A DNA stretch of 53,503 nt from an uncultured Lachnospiraceae bacterium (lineage in GTDB: Bacteria; Bacillota; Clostridia; Lachnospirales; Lachnospiraceae). The stretch covers positions 1 to 53,503 of the forward strand of contig CAZWNX010000001.1 of the NCBI GenBank assembly GCA_964635395.1, read 5' to 3'. The translations under genes were made by a program, and so were the position numbers. Positions 28,235 through 37,135 of this stretch are shown one piece after another. A model generated the notes under the pieces. It was not told where the DNA came from. It worked only from the letters and a program-made list of their open reading frames with translations, and did not search any database. The stretch's first letter is position 1. Each line of letters begins with the position of its first letter.

Positions 28235-28738
28235 ATGGCATTATTACAAAAATGGAGAGATATGGCGTACTCAGAAACCGCCAACAAAGGAGATTTACAA
28301 AAGTTATGGAAGTCTTACTTTGAAACAGAAAAAGAAATTTATAAAGCATTACTTTCAGATCCGGACACAGAAGTATCTGGAACCGTTAAAGAATTAGCAG
28401 AAAAATACAAAATCACAGTTATGACAATGACTGGGTTCTTAGATGGAATCAATGATTCTTTGGTGAATCCAAATCCTATTGAAGAAATGGAAGAAGATAC
28501 TGTAGTCAGCTTATTGTTTGACAAATCTACACTTTACAAAAACATGGTTGGAGCAGAGGCGGATTGGCTCTATAGTTTAAAAGAGTGGGATGATATTTTT
28601 GATGAAGAAACTAGAAAAGAATTGTACAAAGAGCAAAAACGTTCAGGTACAATTGTAAAGGATGAGAAAGTATATCCAAATGATCCATGTCCTTGTGGAA
28701 GTGGCAAAAAGTATAAGAAGTGTTGTGGAAAAAATTAG
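28235..28738 (+). CDS. SEC-C motif domain protein
   Basis: 167 aa. C-terminal zinc-binding SEC-C motif [17 protein letters not shown]. Strong RBS AAGAGGAG. Confidence 0.8.
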   Translation: MALLQKWRDMAYSETANKGDLQKLWKSYFETEKEIYKALLSDPDTEVSGTVKELAEKYKITVMTMTGFLDGINDSLVNPNPIEEMEEDTVVSLLFDKSTLYKNMVGAEADWLYSLKEWDDIFDEETRKELYKEQKRSGTIVKDEKVYPNDPCPCGSGKKYKKCCGKN

Positions 28739-28793
28739 GCTTTACTTTTTCACAAAAAGAGATATGATGGAAATAGAGTTATATTATTTAAAT

Positions 28794-29004
28794 TGTTGAT
28801 GAGTCGAGTAAAATATGGAGGGATTCAGAGAGAAACACATTTGCTGAAAGTGTTTTATCCATAGAAGTATTTGAAAACCAACTCTAAGAGGTCTTAATCA
28901 GACACGGTGACTCCGTTATAGTCATAAGAGTGGTCCTTTATGGACAACTAGGGTGGAACCACGTGAAAGCGTCCCTTGTACGATTGTGTGCAGGGGATTT
29001 TTTG
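28794..29004 (+). promoter_or_regulatory. T-box leader (Thr specifier) with terminator, controlling thrS
   Basis: Stem I start TTGATGAG..GAGTA, AGAGA box, and candidate specifier ACC (28877-28879) followed by A. The T-box motif AACTAGGGTGGAACCACG is at 28946-28963. Terminator stem 28972-28997 is followed by a T-run. Confidence 0.85.
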
Positions 29005-29040
29005 TTGTTTTGTAAGTGAAAAGAAAGTGAGGCATATAAG

Positions 29041-31005
29041 ATGAAATTGATTTTAAAAGATGGTTCAGAAAAAATGTATGATGAAGCAAAAACAGCCTAT
29101 GAAATTGCACTTGATATTAGCGAGGGGCTTGCTAGAGTAGCAACAGCTGCAACTGTAAATGGAGACGTGGTCGATTTAAGAACGGTAATTGATAAAGATT
29201 GTGAGTTTAGCGTATTGACGCAAAACGATCCGCAAGGTCTAAACGTTGTACGACACACAACTTCCCATGTTTTAGCACAAGCAGTAAAAAGATTGTATCC
29301 GGATGTTAAATTGGCCATTGGTCCATCTATTGACACTGGTTTTTATTATGATTTTGAGGCATTGCCATTTTCGAGGGAGCTCTTAGACGAGATTGAAAAT
29401 GAAATGAAGAAAATCATCAAAGAGGGTGCTAAGCTTGAAAAATTTGTATTGCCAAGAGATGAGGCAATTGAATTTATGCAAGCTAGAAATGAAGATTATA
29501 AAGTAGAGTTAATTAAAGATTTGCCAATAGATGCTGAAATTTCCTTTTATAGTCAGGGTGATTTTGTGGATCTTTGTGCAGGGCCACATTTAATGAGTAC
29601 AAAGCAGATTAAGGCGTTTAAATTGATTTCGTCGTCAGGTGCATATTGGAGGGGGAAATCCGAAAATGCAATGCTTCAAAGAATATATGGAACGGCTTTT
29701 TCGAAAAAGGAAGAGCTGAACGACTATTTAGTATATTTGGAAGAAGTTAAGAAAAGAGATCATAATAAACTAGGAAGAGAGATGGAATTGTTCACTACTG
29801 TGGATGTAATTGGACAAGGTCTTCCGCTGTTGATGCCTAAAGGCGCAAAGATGATTCAGACAATGCAAAGATGGATTGAAGATGAAGAAGAAAAAAGTGG
29901 TTATGTACGAACCAAAACGCCACTCATGGCAAAGAAGGACTTGTATGTTATTTCGGATCATTGGGGTCATTATAAGGACGGTATGTTTGTACTTGGAGAT
30001 GAGAATAAGGAAGGGGAAGAAGTGTTTGCACTTCGCCCAATGACTTGTCCATTTCAATACTATGTATATAAAAACAGTCAGAAGTCATATAGAGATCTTC
30101 CGATTCGTTATGGAGAAACATCAACACTTTTTCGAAATGAAGAGTCTGGAGAAATGCATGGTTTGACAAGAGTTCGCCAATTTACAATTTCAGAGGGTCA
30201 TCTTGTAATTCGTCCAGAACAATTAGAAGAAGAATTTAGAGGTTGTGTTGATTTAGCGAAGTATTGCTTACAAACACTTGGGTTAGAAAATGATGTAACG
30301 TATCGGATGTCAAAATGGGACCCAAGCAATCAAGAAAAATATTTAGGAACTCCGGAAATGTGGGATGAAGTTCAAAATGCAATGCGAGAGATTCTAAATC
30401 ATATTGGTATTGAATTTACTGAGTCGGAGGGTGAGGCTGCATTTTACGGTCCGAAGTTAGATATTCAGGCAAAGAATGTATATGGAAAAGAAGATACAAT
30501 GATTACCATTCAATTAGATATGTTTCTTGCAAAACGCTTTGATATGACCTATGTTGATCAAGATGGAGAAAAAAAGACACCGTATATTATTCATAGAACT
30601 TCAATAGGCTGTTATGAAAGAACGCTAGCGTGGCTGATTGAAAAGTATGCTGGAAAGTTTCCGACTTGGCTATGTCCAGAACAGGTTAGAATTTTGCCAA
30701 TCTCCGAGAAGTATATTGGCTATGCAAGGGAAATCGAGACAATATTAAAAGATAATGCGATTCTATGCAGTGTTGACAATCGATCTGAAAAAATTGGTTA
30801 TAAAATTCGCGAAACAAGGCTAGCCAAGGTACCATATATGTTGGTTGTGGGTCAAAAGGAAGAAGAGGAAAGATGTCTTAGCGTTCGCAGCCGTTTTGCA
30901 GGAGATGAGGGACAAAAATCGATTCAACAATTTGTTGATGATATTTGCCGTGAAATAAGAACAAAGGAAATTCGAAAAGAAATCGTTGAAGAAGTAGAAA
31001 AGTAG
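29041..31005 (+). CDS. thrS: Threonine--tRNA ligase
   Basis: 654 aa. N-terminal TGS domain, editing-domain HTTSH motif, class II core (RPMTCPFQ, FRNEESGEMHGLTRVRQF), and an anticodon-binding domain. Confidence 0.97.
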   Translation: MKLILKDGSEKMYDEAKTAYEIALDISEGLARVATAATVNGDVVDLRTVIDKDCEFSVLTQNDPQGLNVVRHTTSHVLAQAVKRLYPDVKLAIGPSIDTGFYYDFEALPFSRELLDEIENEMKKIIKEGAKLEKFVLPRDEAIEFMQARNEDYKVELIKDLPIDAEISFYSQGDFVDLCAGPHLMSTKQIKAFKLISSSGAYWRGKSENAMLQRIYGTAFSKKEELNDYLVYLEEVKKRDHNKLGREMELFTTVDVIGQGLPLLMPKGAKMIQTMQRWIEDEEEKSGYVRTKTPLMAKKDLYVISDHWGHYKDGMFVLGDENKEGEEVFALRPMTCPFQYYVYKNSQKSYRDLPIRYGETSTLFRNEESGEMHGLTRVRQFTISEGHLVIRPEQLEEEFRGCVDLAKYCLQTLGLENDVTYRMSKWDPSNQEKYLGTPEMWDEVQNAMREILNHIGIEFTESEGEAAFYGPKLDIQAKNVYGKEDTMITIQLDMFLAKRFDMTYVDQDGEKKTPYIIHRTSIGCYERTLAWLIEKYAGKFPTWLCPEQVRILPISEKYIGYAREIETILKDNAILCSVDNRSEKIGYKIRETRLAKVPYMLVVGQKEEEERCLSVRSRFAGDEGQKSIQQFVDDICREIRTKEIRKEIVEEVEK

Positions 31006-31035
31006 TTGACAGATTGAGGGGAGCAGTGGTATCAT
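31006..31035 (+). promoter_or_regulatory. Promoter of the infC-rpmI-rplT operon
   Basis: TTGACA (31006-31011), 18-nt spacer, TATCAT (31030-31035), preceded by TGG in an extended -10-like arrangement. Confidence 0.55.
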
Positions 31036-31039
31036 CTAT

Positions 31040-31180
31040 GAGTGTGTGAATGTTAATTCACCAAAAAGTAGAGTATCCGCTCTCACCCTGCAGCAAAGGC
31101 TCGTAGGTGTCACTATTCTTTTCAAAGTAATGTTTGAGCTTAGTTGATTTAGTGGATAGTCTATCTATCCACTTTTTTTT
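31040..31180 (+). promoter_or_regulatory. L20-type ribosomal-protein leader with intrinsic terminator (attenuator)
   Basis: Structured leader of about 190 nt between the promoter and infC, as in the Firmicute L20 autoregulation leader. It ends in a perfect 8-bp hairpin gtggatag/ctatccac (31152-31172) plus T8. Confidence 0.6.
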
Positions 31181-31221
31181 GTGAAATTTTATGAGATTGG
31201 TTCCTATGGAGGTGCAAAGTT

Positions 31222-31734
31222 ATTAGCGATTTAATGATTAATGAACAAATTAGAGACAAAGAAGTGCGTGTGATTAGTGAGGATGGAGAGCAATTAGGTG
31301 TAATGAGCTTGAAAGATGCACAAAAACTTGCCGAGGATGCTGGTGTGGATTTAGTGAAAATCAATCCAAATGCCGCTCCACCTGTTTGTAAAATTGCAGA
31401 TTATGGAAAATTTAAGTACGAACAAACTAGAAGAGATAAAGAGGCTAGGAAAAAGCAAAAAGTAGTTGAATTAAAAGAAATTCGTTTATCTCCAAATATT
31501 GATACCAATGACTTAAATACAAAAATTGCTGCAGCAAAGAAATTCATTTCAAAAGGTGATAAAGTAAAAATCACATTACGCTTTAGGGGCCGCGAAATGG
31601 CACATATGCATAAGAGCAAATACATTTTGGATGATTTTGCAACGGCATTGTCAGAAATCGCAATCGTTGAAAAGGCACCAAAAGTTGAAGGTAGAAGTAT
31701 GACTATGTTTTTAGCTGAAAAGCGTAGTCAATAA
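31222..31734 (+). CDS. infC: Translation initiation factor IF-3
   Basis: INEQIRDKEVRVISEDGEQLG and the rest of the protein are typical IF-3. An in-frame ATT at 31222 lies 9 nt after GGAGG (31208-31212). The first ATG (31234) has no properly spaced RBS. The start call is tentative. Confidence 0.85.
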   Translation: MSDLMINEQIRDKEVRVISEDGEQLGVMSLKDAQKLAEDAGVDLVKINPNAAPPVCKIADYGKFKYEQTRRDKEARKKQKVVELKEIRLSPNIDTNDLNTKIAAAKKFISKGDKVKITLRFRGREMAHMHKSKYILDDFATALSEIAIVEKAPKVEGRSMTMFLAEKRSQ

Positions 31735-31801
31735 GGTTGTTTTTTAACTGCGGTATGCTTCAGTTAAAATAGAAAGCAGAATAGTACAGGAGGAATATAT
31801 T

Positions 31802-31999
31802 ATGCCAAAAATTAAAACAAACAGATCAGCAGCAAAAAGATTTAAGGTAACAGGTACCGGCAAATTAAAAAGAAATAAAGCTTATAAACGTCATATCCTA
31901 ACCAAAAAATCTGCTAAGACTAAGAGAAATTTAAGACATGCAGCGATTACAGACGAAACAAATGTAAAGAACATGAAAAAGATACTACCATATTTATAA
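31802..31999 (+). CDS. rpmI: 50S ribosomal protein L35
   Basis: 65 aa, [33 protein letters not shown]. Confidence 0.97.
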   Translation: MPKIKTNRSAAKRFKVTGTGKLKRNKAYKRHILTKKSAKTKRNLRHAAITDETNVKNMKKILPYL

Positions 32000-32019
32000 G
32001 CTGTAAGGAGGATTAGGAA

Positions 32020-32376
32020 ATGGCTAGAATTAAAGGCGGATTAAACGCAAAGAAAAAACATAATAGAGTTTTAAAGCTTGCAAAAGGATACAGAGGTGCA
32101 AGATCAAATCAGTACAGAGTAGCAAAACAATCAGTTATGAGAGCACTTGCTTCTTCATATGCAGGACGTAAAGAAAGAAAACGTCAATTTAGACAGTTAT
32201 GGATTGCTCGTATTAACGCAGCAGCTAGAATGAATGGATTAAGTTACAGCAAATTTATGTATGGCTTAAAACTTGCTGAAATTGATATCAACAGAAAAAT
32301 GCTTGCGGAAATGGCAGTTAATGATGCTGACGGATTCAAAGTACTTGTTGAAGTAGCAAAAACTAAAATTGCATAG
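32020..32376 (+). CDS. rplT: 50S ribosomal protein L20
   Basis: 118 aa, [29 protein letters not shown]. Confidence 0.97.
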   Translation: MARIKGGLNAKKKHNRVLKLAKGYRGARSNQYRVAKQSVMRALASSYAGRKERKRQFRQLWIARINAAARMNGLSYSKFMYGLKLAEIDINRKMLAEMAVNDADGFKVLVEVAKTKIA

Positions 32377-32387
32377 TAAGTTTGAAA

Positions 32388-32417
32388 GGGGCTTCACATT
32401 TTGTGTAGCTCCTTTTT
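32388..32417 (+). terminator. Rho-independent terminator after rplT
   Basis: Stem ggggcttcac/gtgtagctcc (one mismatch, one G:U pair) followed by TTTTT. Confidence 0.6.
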
Positions 32418-32458
32418 GTAATCATTCTTTCGATTTCAGATAAGATAAGGAGACTAGT

Positions 32459-33928
32459 ATGCTTGAATCATTATGTCCAAACAGAGTGTTTTATTATTTT
32501 GAACAAATTTCAAAGATACCCAGGGGATCTGGGAATTTAGATTTTATAGTAGGGTATTTGGTAGAATTTGCAAAGCAACATCATTTAGACTATGCAACAG
32601 ATACATTTCATAATGTGATTATTAAAAAGCCTGCTAGTATTGGGCTAGAAGGAATGCCTGCTGTAATTATACAGGGACATATAGATATGGTGGCAGTGAA
32701 AACGAATTCATGTCAAAAAGATCTTTCAAAAGAGGGATTGGATTTGACCGTTGATGGGGATTTTGTTTTTGCAAAAGAAACAAGCCTTGGGGCAGATGAC
32801 GGGGTTGCAGTTGCTTTTGCGCTGGCGCTTCTAGAATCGGATAGTATTCTGCATCCAAACCTTGAGGTTGTATTAACAGCAGATGAAGAAACAGGAATGG
32901 AAGGCGCTACAGGAATTTCACTGAATGCATTGAAAGGAACGCAACTCATTAATATTGATTCTGAGACAGAAGGTGAGTTTGTTGTTGGTTGTGCCGGAGG
33001 AGTTCGATTGCATGCGATGCTGCAAAATGAGTATGAAGAGTTGGATGAGTCCTGTGATAATTATTTAGTGTTTTCAGTTCAGTTTGAAGGATTCTTGGGA
33101 GGGCACTCTGGGAATGAAATACATAAAAGGCGGGGAAATACCATTGAACTAGCTTGTAAATTACTAGCAGACATTCAGCCGCTCATAGGTGGACTAATTG
33201 AGATTGAGGGTGGAGAAAAAGATAATGCAATAGCCTTAGGAACAAGGTTTGTAGGGGTCGTTTCAAAAAGCAAATGGGAGATGGTGGAACGTGAGATCAA
33301 TCGTTTTGAAGAAAAAATGAAACAACAATTGATTGAGAGCGATCCCAATGCAAAGATCGTAACCTGTATTTTGAAGAATGAAGAAAAGCCTAATCACCCA
33401 ATTGTAATTCTAAATCAGAAAAGTCTATCGAGTTTGGTTGAATCTGTTAATAGAATTCCGAATGGTGTAATCACTTGTAAAAATGGTCGTATCGATGAAG
33501 TCACAACATCCTTAAACTTGGGGATTGTTCAGTTGTCTCCAAAAGGGGGACAATTAACGATATTAATTCGAAGTGTATCCAATCAAGAAAAAGAAAACGT
33601 CCTATTAAATTGTTGTCAGATATTTGATGAAATGCATGTAGAATATCAAATTTCCGGCAACTATCCAGCATGGGAGGAAAGACAACAGTCTGTACTATGC
33701 AATCGAATGAAACGTGTTTATTTGGACTTGTTTCACAAAGAGCCAACAATTAAGACGATTCATGCTGGCCTTGAATGCGGGATTTTAATTGCTAAAAAAC
33801 CAGATCTTGATTGTATTTCTTTTGGTCCAAACATACCGGATATACATACAACAAAGGAGCGGTTGAGCATCTCTTCAACGAACCGTATGTGGAATTTTTT
33901 GTTAGGGTATCTTGCAAGAAAGGAGTAG
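32459..33928 (+). CDS. pepD: Aminoacyl-histidine dipeptidase (Xaa-His dipeptidase, M20C)
   Basis: 489 aa. FEQISKIPRGSGN, QGHIDMV, GADDGVAVA and ADEETGMEGA motifs. Confidence 0.9.
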   Translation: MLESLCPNRVFYYFEQISKIPRGSGNLDFIVGYLVEFAKQHHLDYATDTFHNVIIKKPASIGLEGMPAVIIQGHIDMVAVKTNSCQKDLSKEGLDLTVDGDFVFAKETSLGADDGVAVAFALALLESDSILHPNLEVVLTADEETGMEGATGISLNALKGTQLINIDSETEGEFVVGCAGGVRLHAMLQNEYEELDESCDNYLVFSVQFEGFLGGHSGNEIHKRRGNTIELACKLLADIQPLIGGLIEIEGGEKDNAIALGTRFVGVVSKSKWEMVEREINRFEEKMKQQLIESDPNAKIVTCILKNEEKPNHPIVILNQKSLSSLVESVNRIPNGVITCKNGRIDEVTTSLNLGIVQLSPKGGQLTILIRSVSNQEKENVLLNCCQIFDEMHVEYQISGNYPAWEERQQSVLCNRMKRVYLDLFHKEPTIKTIHAGLECGILIAKKPDLDCISFGPNIPDIHTTKERLSISSTNRMWNFLLGYLARKE

Positions 33929-33929
33929 A

Positions 33930-34433
33930 ATGAATTGTACAAATAAGAATATTGTATTGATTGGTATGCCGGGTTCTGGAAAAAGTACGGTTGGAGTTGT
34001 ATTGGCTAAGGTGACAGGCAAGAGATTTTTTGACACTGATTTACTAATTCAGGAATATACGGGAGAAACCTTGGTTGAAACAATTAGAAGGAGCGGGATT
34101 CAAAATTTTTTAGAACTAGAAAATAATGTGATCTGCAAAACACAATTTGATAATGCAGTTATTGCCACGGGTGGAAGTGCTGTATTTGCGACACAAGCCA
34201 TTCAAAAGCTAAAGGAAAATTCGGTCTTTATCTACTTAAAGATTTCTTATTCTAGTATGTGTGAGCGTCTAGGTGAATGGGAAAATCGAGGTATTGTAAT
34301 CGATAACGGGCAATCACTAGAAGGCATGTACAATCAAAGAGAAGCCAAGTATACAGAATCTGCTGATTACATATTAGAGTGTGACAATCAATCAGTAAGT
34401 CAACTCATACATATGATTATGAGCCGGGTGTAA
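33930..34433 (+). CDS. aroK: Shikimate kinase
   Basis: NIVLIGMPGSGKSTVG P-loop, FDTD, and ATGGSAV. The ATG at 33930 follows AAAGGAG; the track start at 33912 overlaps pepD. Confidence 0.9.
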   Translation: MNCTNKNIVLIGMPGSGKSTVGVVLAKVTGKRFFDTDLLIQEYTGETLVETIRRSGIQNFLELENNVICKTQFDNAVIATGGSAVFATQAIQKLKENSVFIYLKISYSSMCERLGEWENRGIVIDNGQSLEGMYNQREAKYTESADYILECDNQSVSQLIHMIMSRV

Positions 34434-34528
34434 GGAACGCTGATCTGATTATTTGCTAGTACAAATGGACTAGGGATAGTAAAATAAATAGAATTATGAT
34501 AGAATATAATTAATTTACAGGTGGAGTT

Positions 34529-34771
34529 ATGAATGGAATTGTTGAGATAGATTTGCATGGATTGACAGTCTTAGAAGCAGAACAAAAAATTGATCGATTA
34601 TTATTGCAAGACACTCGTTTCGTCTATCATATTCGGCTAATTCATGGGTATCAAAGAGGTACTTCTATTCGTGAAATGATTTGGCATGTATATAAAGGAC
34701 ACCCTAAGGTTTTGCGGGTTATAGCAAGCGATAATCCTGGTTGTAGTATTTTGGTTTTAAGGGAGCTATGA
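34529..34771 (+). CDS. Smr-domain protein (stand-alone)
   Basis: 80 aa. IDLHGLTVLEAEQKIDRLL...IRLIHGYQRGT matches the Smr/MutS2 C-terminal domain pattern. Confidence 0.75.
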   Translation: MNGIVEIDLHGLTVLEAEQKIDRLLLQDTRFVYHIRLIHGYQRGTSIREMIWHVYKGHPKVLRVIASDNPGCSILVLREL

Positions 34772-34772
34772 T

Positions 34773-37103
34773 ATGAGCAAAAAGTCACGATATAATATTG
34801 GTGTGCTAATTGGAAATGTGCATTCAAACCATCCAAAAGAATTAATCCAGGGAATAAGTGAGGCTGCTAAAGCCTTACAGGTTAATGTTGAGTTTTTTTT
34901 GGGACCGCAGAATAGTATATTATATCAAGGTGATGAATTAAGTAATGTTGGGAGTTTTTATGATTTCCAATTCAATACAATCTATGACTATGCCCTAATG
35001 GGGAATTTAGATGCATTAATTATCTCTTATGGGACAATGTGCGTCTTTTTTAATGAACGGGATAAAGAAACTTTTTTTCAAAAGTATTCAGAGATACCGC
35101 ATGTTGTGTTGGAAGAACGTGAAGTACGCGAAGATGGTGGTAATGCGCATTACTTTATTAGTGATAACTATCAGGGAATTTCGGATATAATGGAGCATTT
35201 AATTGTTGAACATGGTTATAAAAAAATCCTCTTTTTGGGTGGACCAGAAGATAACACCGATGCAAATGAGAGAAAACGTGCTTATTTGGATGCAATGCGT
35301 AAATATCAACTGAGCGTAGATGAGAGCATGATTGGACATGGTAAATATTCAGAATTTATCGATGACGAAGTCGCTAGGATACTCGACTTAAATCCGGATG
35401 CGCAGGCAATTTGTTCTGCTAATGATGAAATGACGATTGGCTGTTATAGGGAGTGCAGAAAACGTGACTTAATTGTGGGTAAAGATATTGCTATTACCGG
35501 ATATGATAATTTTTCTATGGCTCCTAGTATGGACCCGCCACTTACTACGGCAGAGCAAAATGGGTATGACATGGGCTACAGAGCGTTAGTTAGTGCGGTT
35601 GACTTATGTAACGGTAAAGCAGATGAATTTAAAATATGTTTGCCTGCCAAAATGATTAAGAGATCGTCGTGTGGATGTGTTCACAAAGACACTAAAATTC
35701 TGATTGATGACATAAGTGGTGGAATGGATCAGGAAAAAGTAATAGAACATATTTTGGATGAAATTATTCTCAATAGGGAGTATGTAGAAATACGAAACTT
35801 TATAAAGAAGCGATTACTCCGGATTTTCCATGAATTATTTGAAAAAATAGATAAACCAGATACTTCTAATTCGAATAATCAATTACTTGTTGATTGTATT
35901 CGAGAGATCGTGGATGGAAAATATAAGCGATTTGTATCTCCAGTAAGGTTTGTTGAAGAAATCAACCAGTTTCTCATAGAGTATACGGATCAAATAGAAG
36001 ATATTAATCGAATCAAACGAATGATTGAAGTTCTTTCTTTAATACATCGTTATGTACAATCTACAACGCTTATGAGAAAAGAAGAAGAATATTTGGATTT
36101 TCAGAGAAAATCTTGGATGGCTCCATTATTTATTAGAGATTTGATGGAAAATGGTAGTAGTGACATAAATGCGCACCAGTGCATTATGGAGAAAATCCAA
36201 AAAATGGAAGTGGACAATGCATATTTATATTTGTTAGAGCGTCCGATTCATCACCCTTTTCAATCTTATTGGGAGTGTCCTAAGAAACTTTGTTTGGCAG
36301 CAAGTTTATTAGAGGGTCAAATACAAGCTTATTCATTGGAGGAAGCTCCAATTATAACGCGAAAAAGTGGATTCACAAAGTTTTTTGATGAAAGTGAGCA
36401 AAAAGCATATAGTGCATTTACTTTATTTGCTGAAGAAATACAATATGGTTTGTTGCTGTGCGAAATACCGATTGAAGATATTTCAGCGATGTATGTTTTT
36501 ACATTGCAGATTGGATCAGCACTTCGGTTTATGGAAATCACAAAACAAGAGAATGATACTAGGATACAACTGCAAAATACACTTGAATTAATGCAGGAAA
36601 AAAATCGACTGTTGAATTTTATTTCTGAGTATGATGAGTTAACAGGGTTACTAAATCGAAGGGGATTTTTCGAACACGGATATCAATTTTTTAAAAAATT
36701 TCATCATAAGCGAGCGTTTATGGTATTTGTTGATTTGGATCATTTGAAGCAAATTAATGATACATTTGGCCATTCGGAGGGAGATTTTGCAATCAAATCG
36801 GTTGGAAGAATAGTGAAAGCGGGAGTGGATGAAGGGATTGTCGCTAGAATTGGCGGAGATGAGTTTGTTGCATTATTGTTAGAAAAGGACTCCCTTGATG
36901 CTAAGAACTTTGTGCAAAAAATTAAAGAGTCTACGAAGGCGTTTAATATGATTTGTGAGAAACCATATTTTGTTGAATTTTCAATGGGAATCAGGAGTTT
37001 TGTGTGCGATGAGAATGTTGATTTATTAGAGGTAATTAAGGAAGCAGATGCTTTCTTATATGAGAGTAAGAAATTAAGAAGGACGGATATTCGAAAAAAT
37101 TAA
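34773..37103 (+). CDS. Diguanylate cyclase with N-terminal LacI/PBP1-type sugar-binding-fold sensor (no HTH, no TM)
   Basis: 776 aa. The N-terminal ~300 aa resemble the LacI-family ligand-binding core (NIGVLIGN..., ICSANDEMTIGCYRECRKRDLIVGKDIAITGYDN). A helical middle region follows. The C-terminal GGDEF domain has an intact ARIGGDEF. Confidence 0.8.
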   Translation: MSKKSRYNIGVLIGNVHSNHPKELIQGISEAAKALQVNVEFFLGPQNSILYQGDELSNVGSFYDFQFNTIYDYALMGNLDALIISYGTMCVFFNERDKETFFQKYSEIPHVVLEEREVREDGGNAHYFISDNYQGISDIMEHLIVEHGYKKILFLGGPEDNTDANERKRAYLDAMRKYQLSVDESMIGHGKYSEFIDDEVARILDLNPDAQAICSANDEMTIGCYRECRKRDLIVGKDIAITGYDNFSMAPSMDPPLTTAEQNGYDMGYRALVSAVDLCNGKADEFKICLPAKMIKRSSCGCVHKDTKILIDDISGGMDQEKVIEHILDEIILNREYVEIRNFIKKRLLRIFHELFEKIDKPDTSNSNNQLLVDCIREIVDGKYKRFVSPVRFVEEINQFLIEYTDQIEDINRIKRMIEVLSLIHRYVQSTTLMRKEEEYLDFQRKSWMAPLFIRDLMENGSSDINAHQCIMEKIQKMEVDNAYLYLLERPIHHPFQSYWECPKKLCLAASLLEGQIQAYSLEEAPIITRKSGFTKFFDESEQKAYSAFTLFAEEIQYGLLLCEIPIEDISAMYVFTLQIGSALRFMEITKQENDTRIQLQNTLELMQEKNRLLNFISEYDELTGLLNRRGFFEHGYQFFKKFHHKRAFMVFVDLDHLKQINDTFGHSEGDFAIKSVGRIVKAGVDEGIVARIGGDEFVALLLEKDSLDAKNFVQKIKESTKAFNMICEKPYFVEFSMGIRSFVCDENVDLLEVIKEADAFLYESKKLRRTDIRKN

Positions 37104-37135
37104 TATGCCTACGCTTTTATAAAAAGGGGGTAAAT

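Noticed and set aside
28164-28397. Two short overlapping ORFs (61 aa on the minus strand, 62 aa on the plus strand) near the SEC-C gene start
   Set aside because: They overlap the well-supported SEC-C gene (strong RBS at 28222-28229) or its promoter region, and they contain no motifs.
31735-31801. Small hairpin (aactg...cagtt) between infC and rpmI
   Set aside because: It has only a 5-7 bp stem with a 10-nt loop and no T-run. It is too weak to call a terminator or a processing site from sequence alone.
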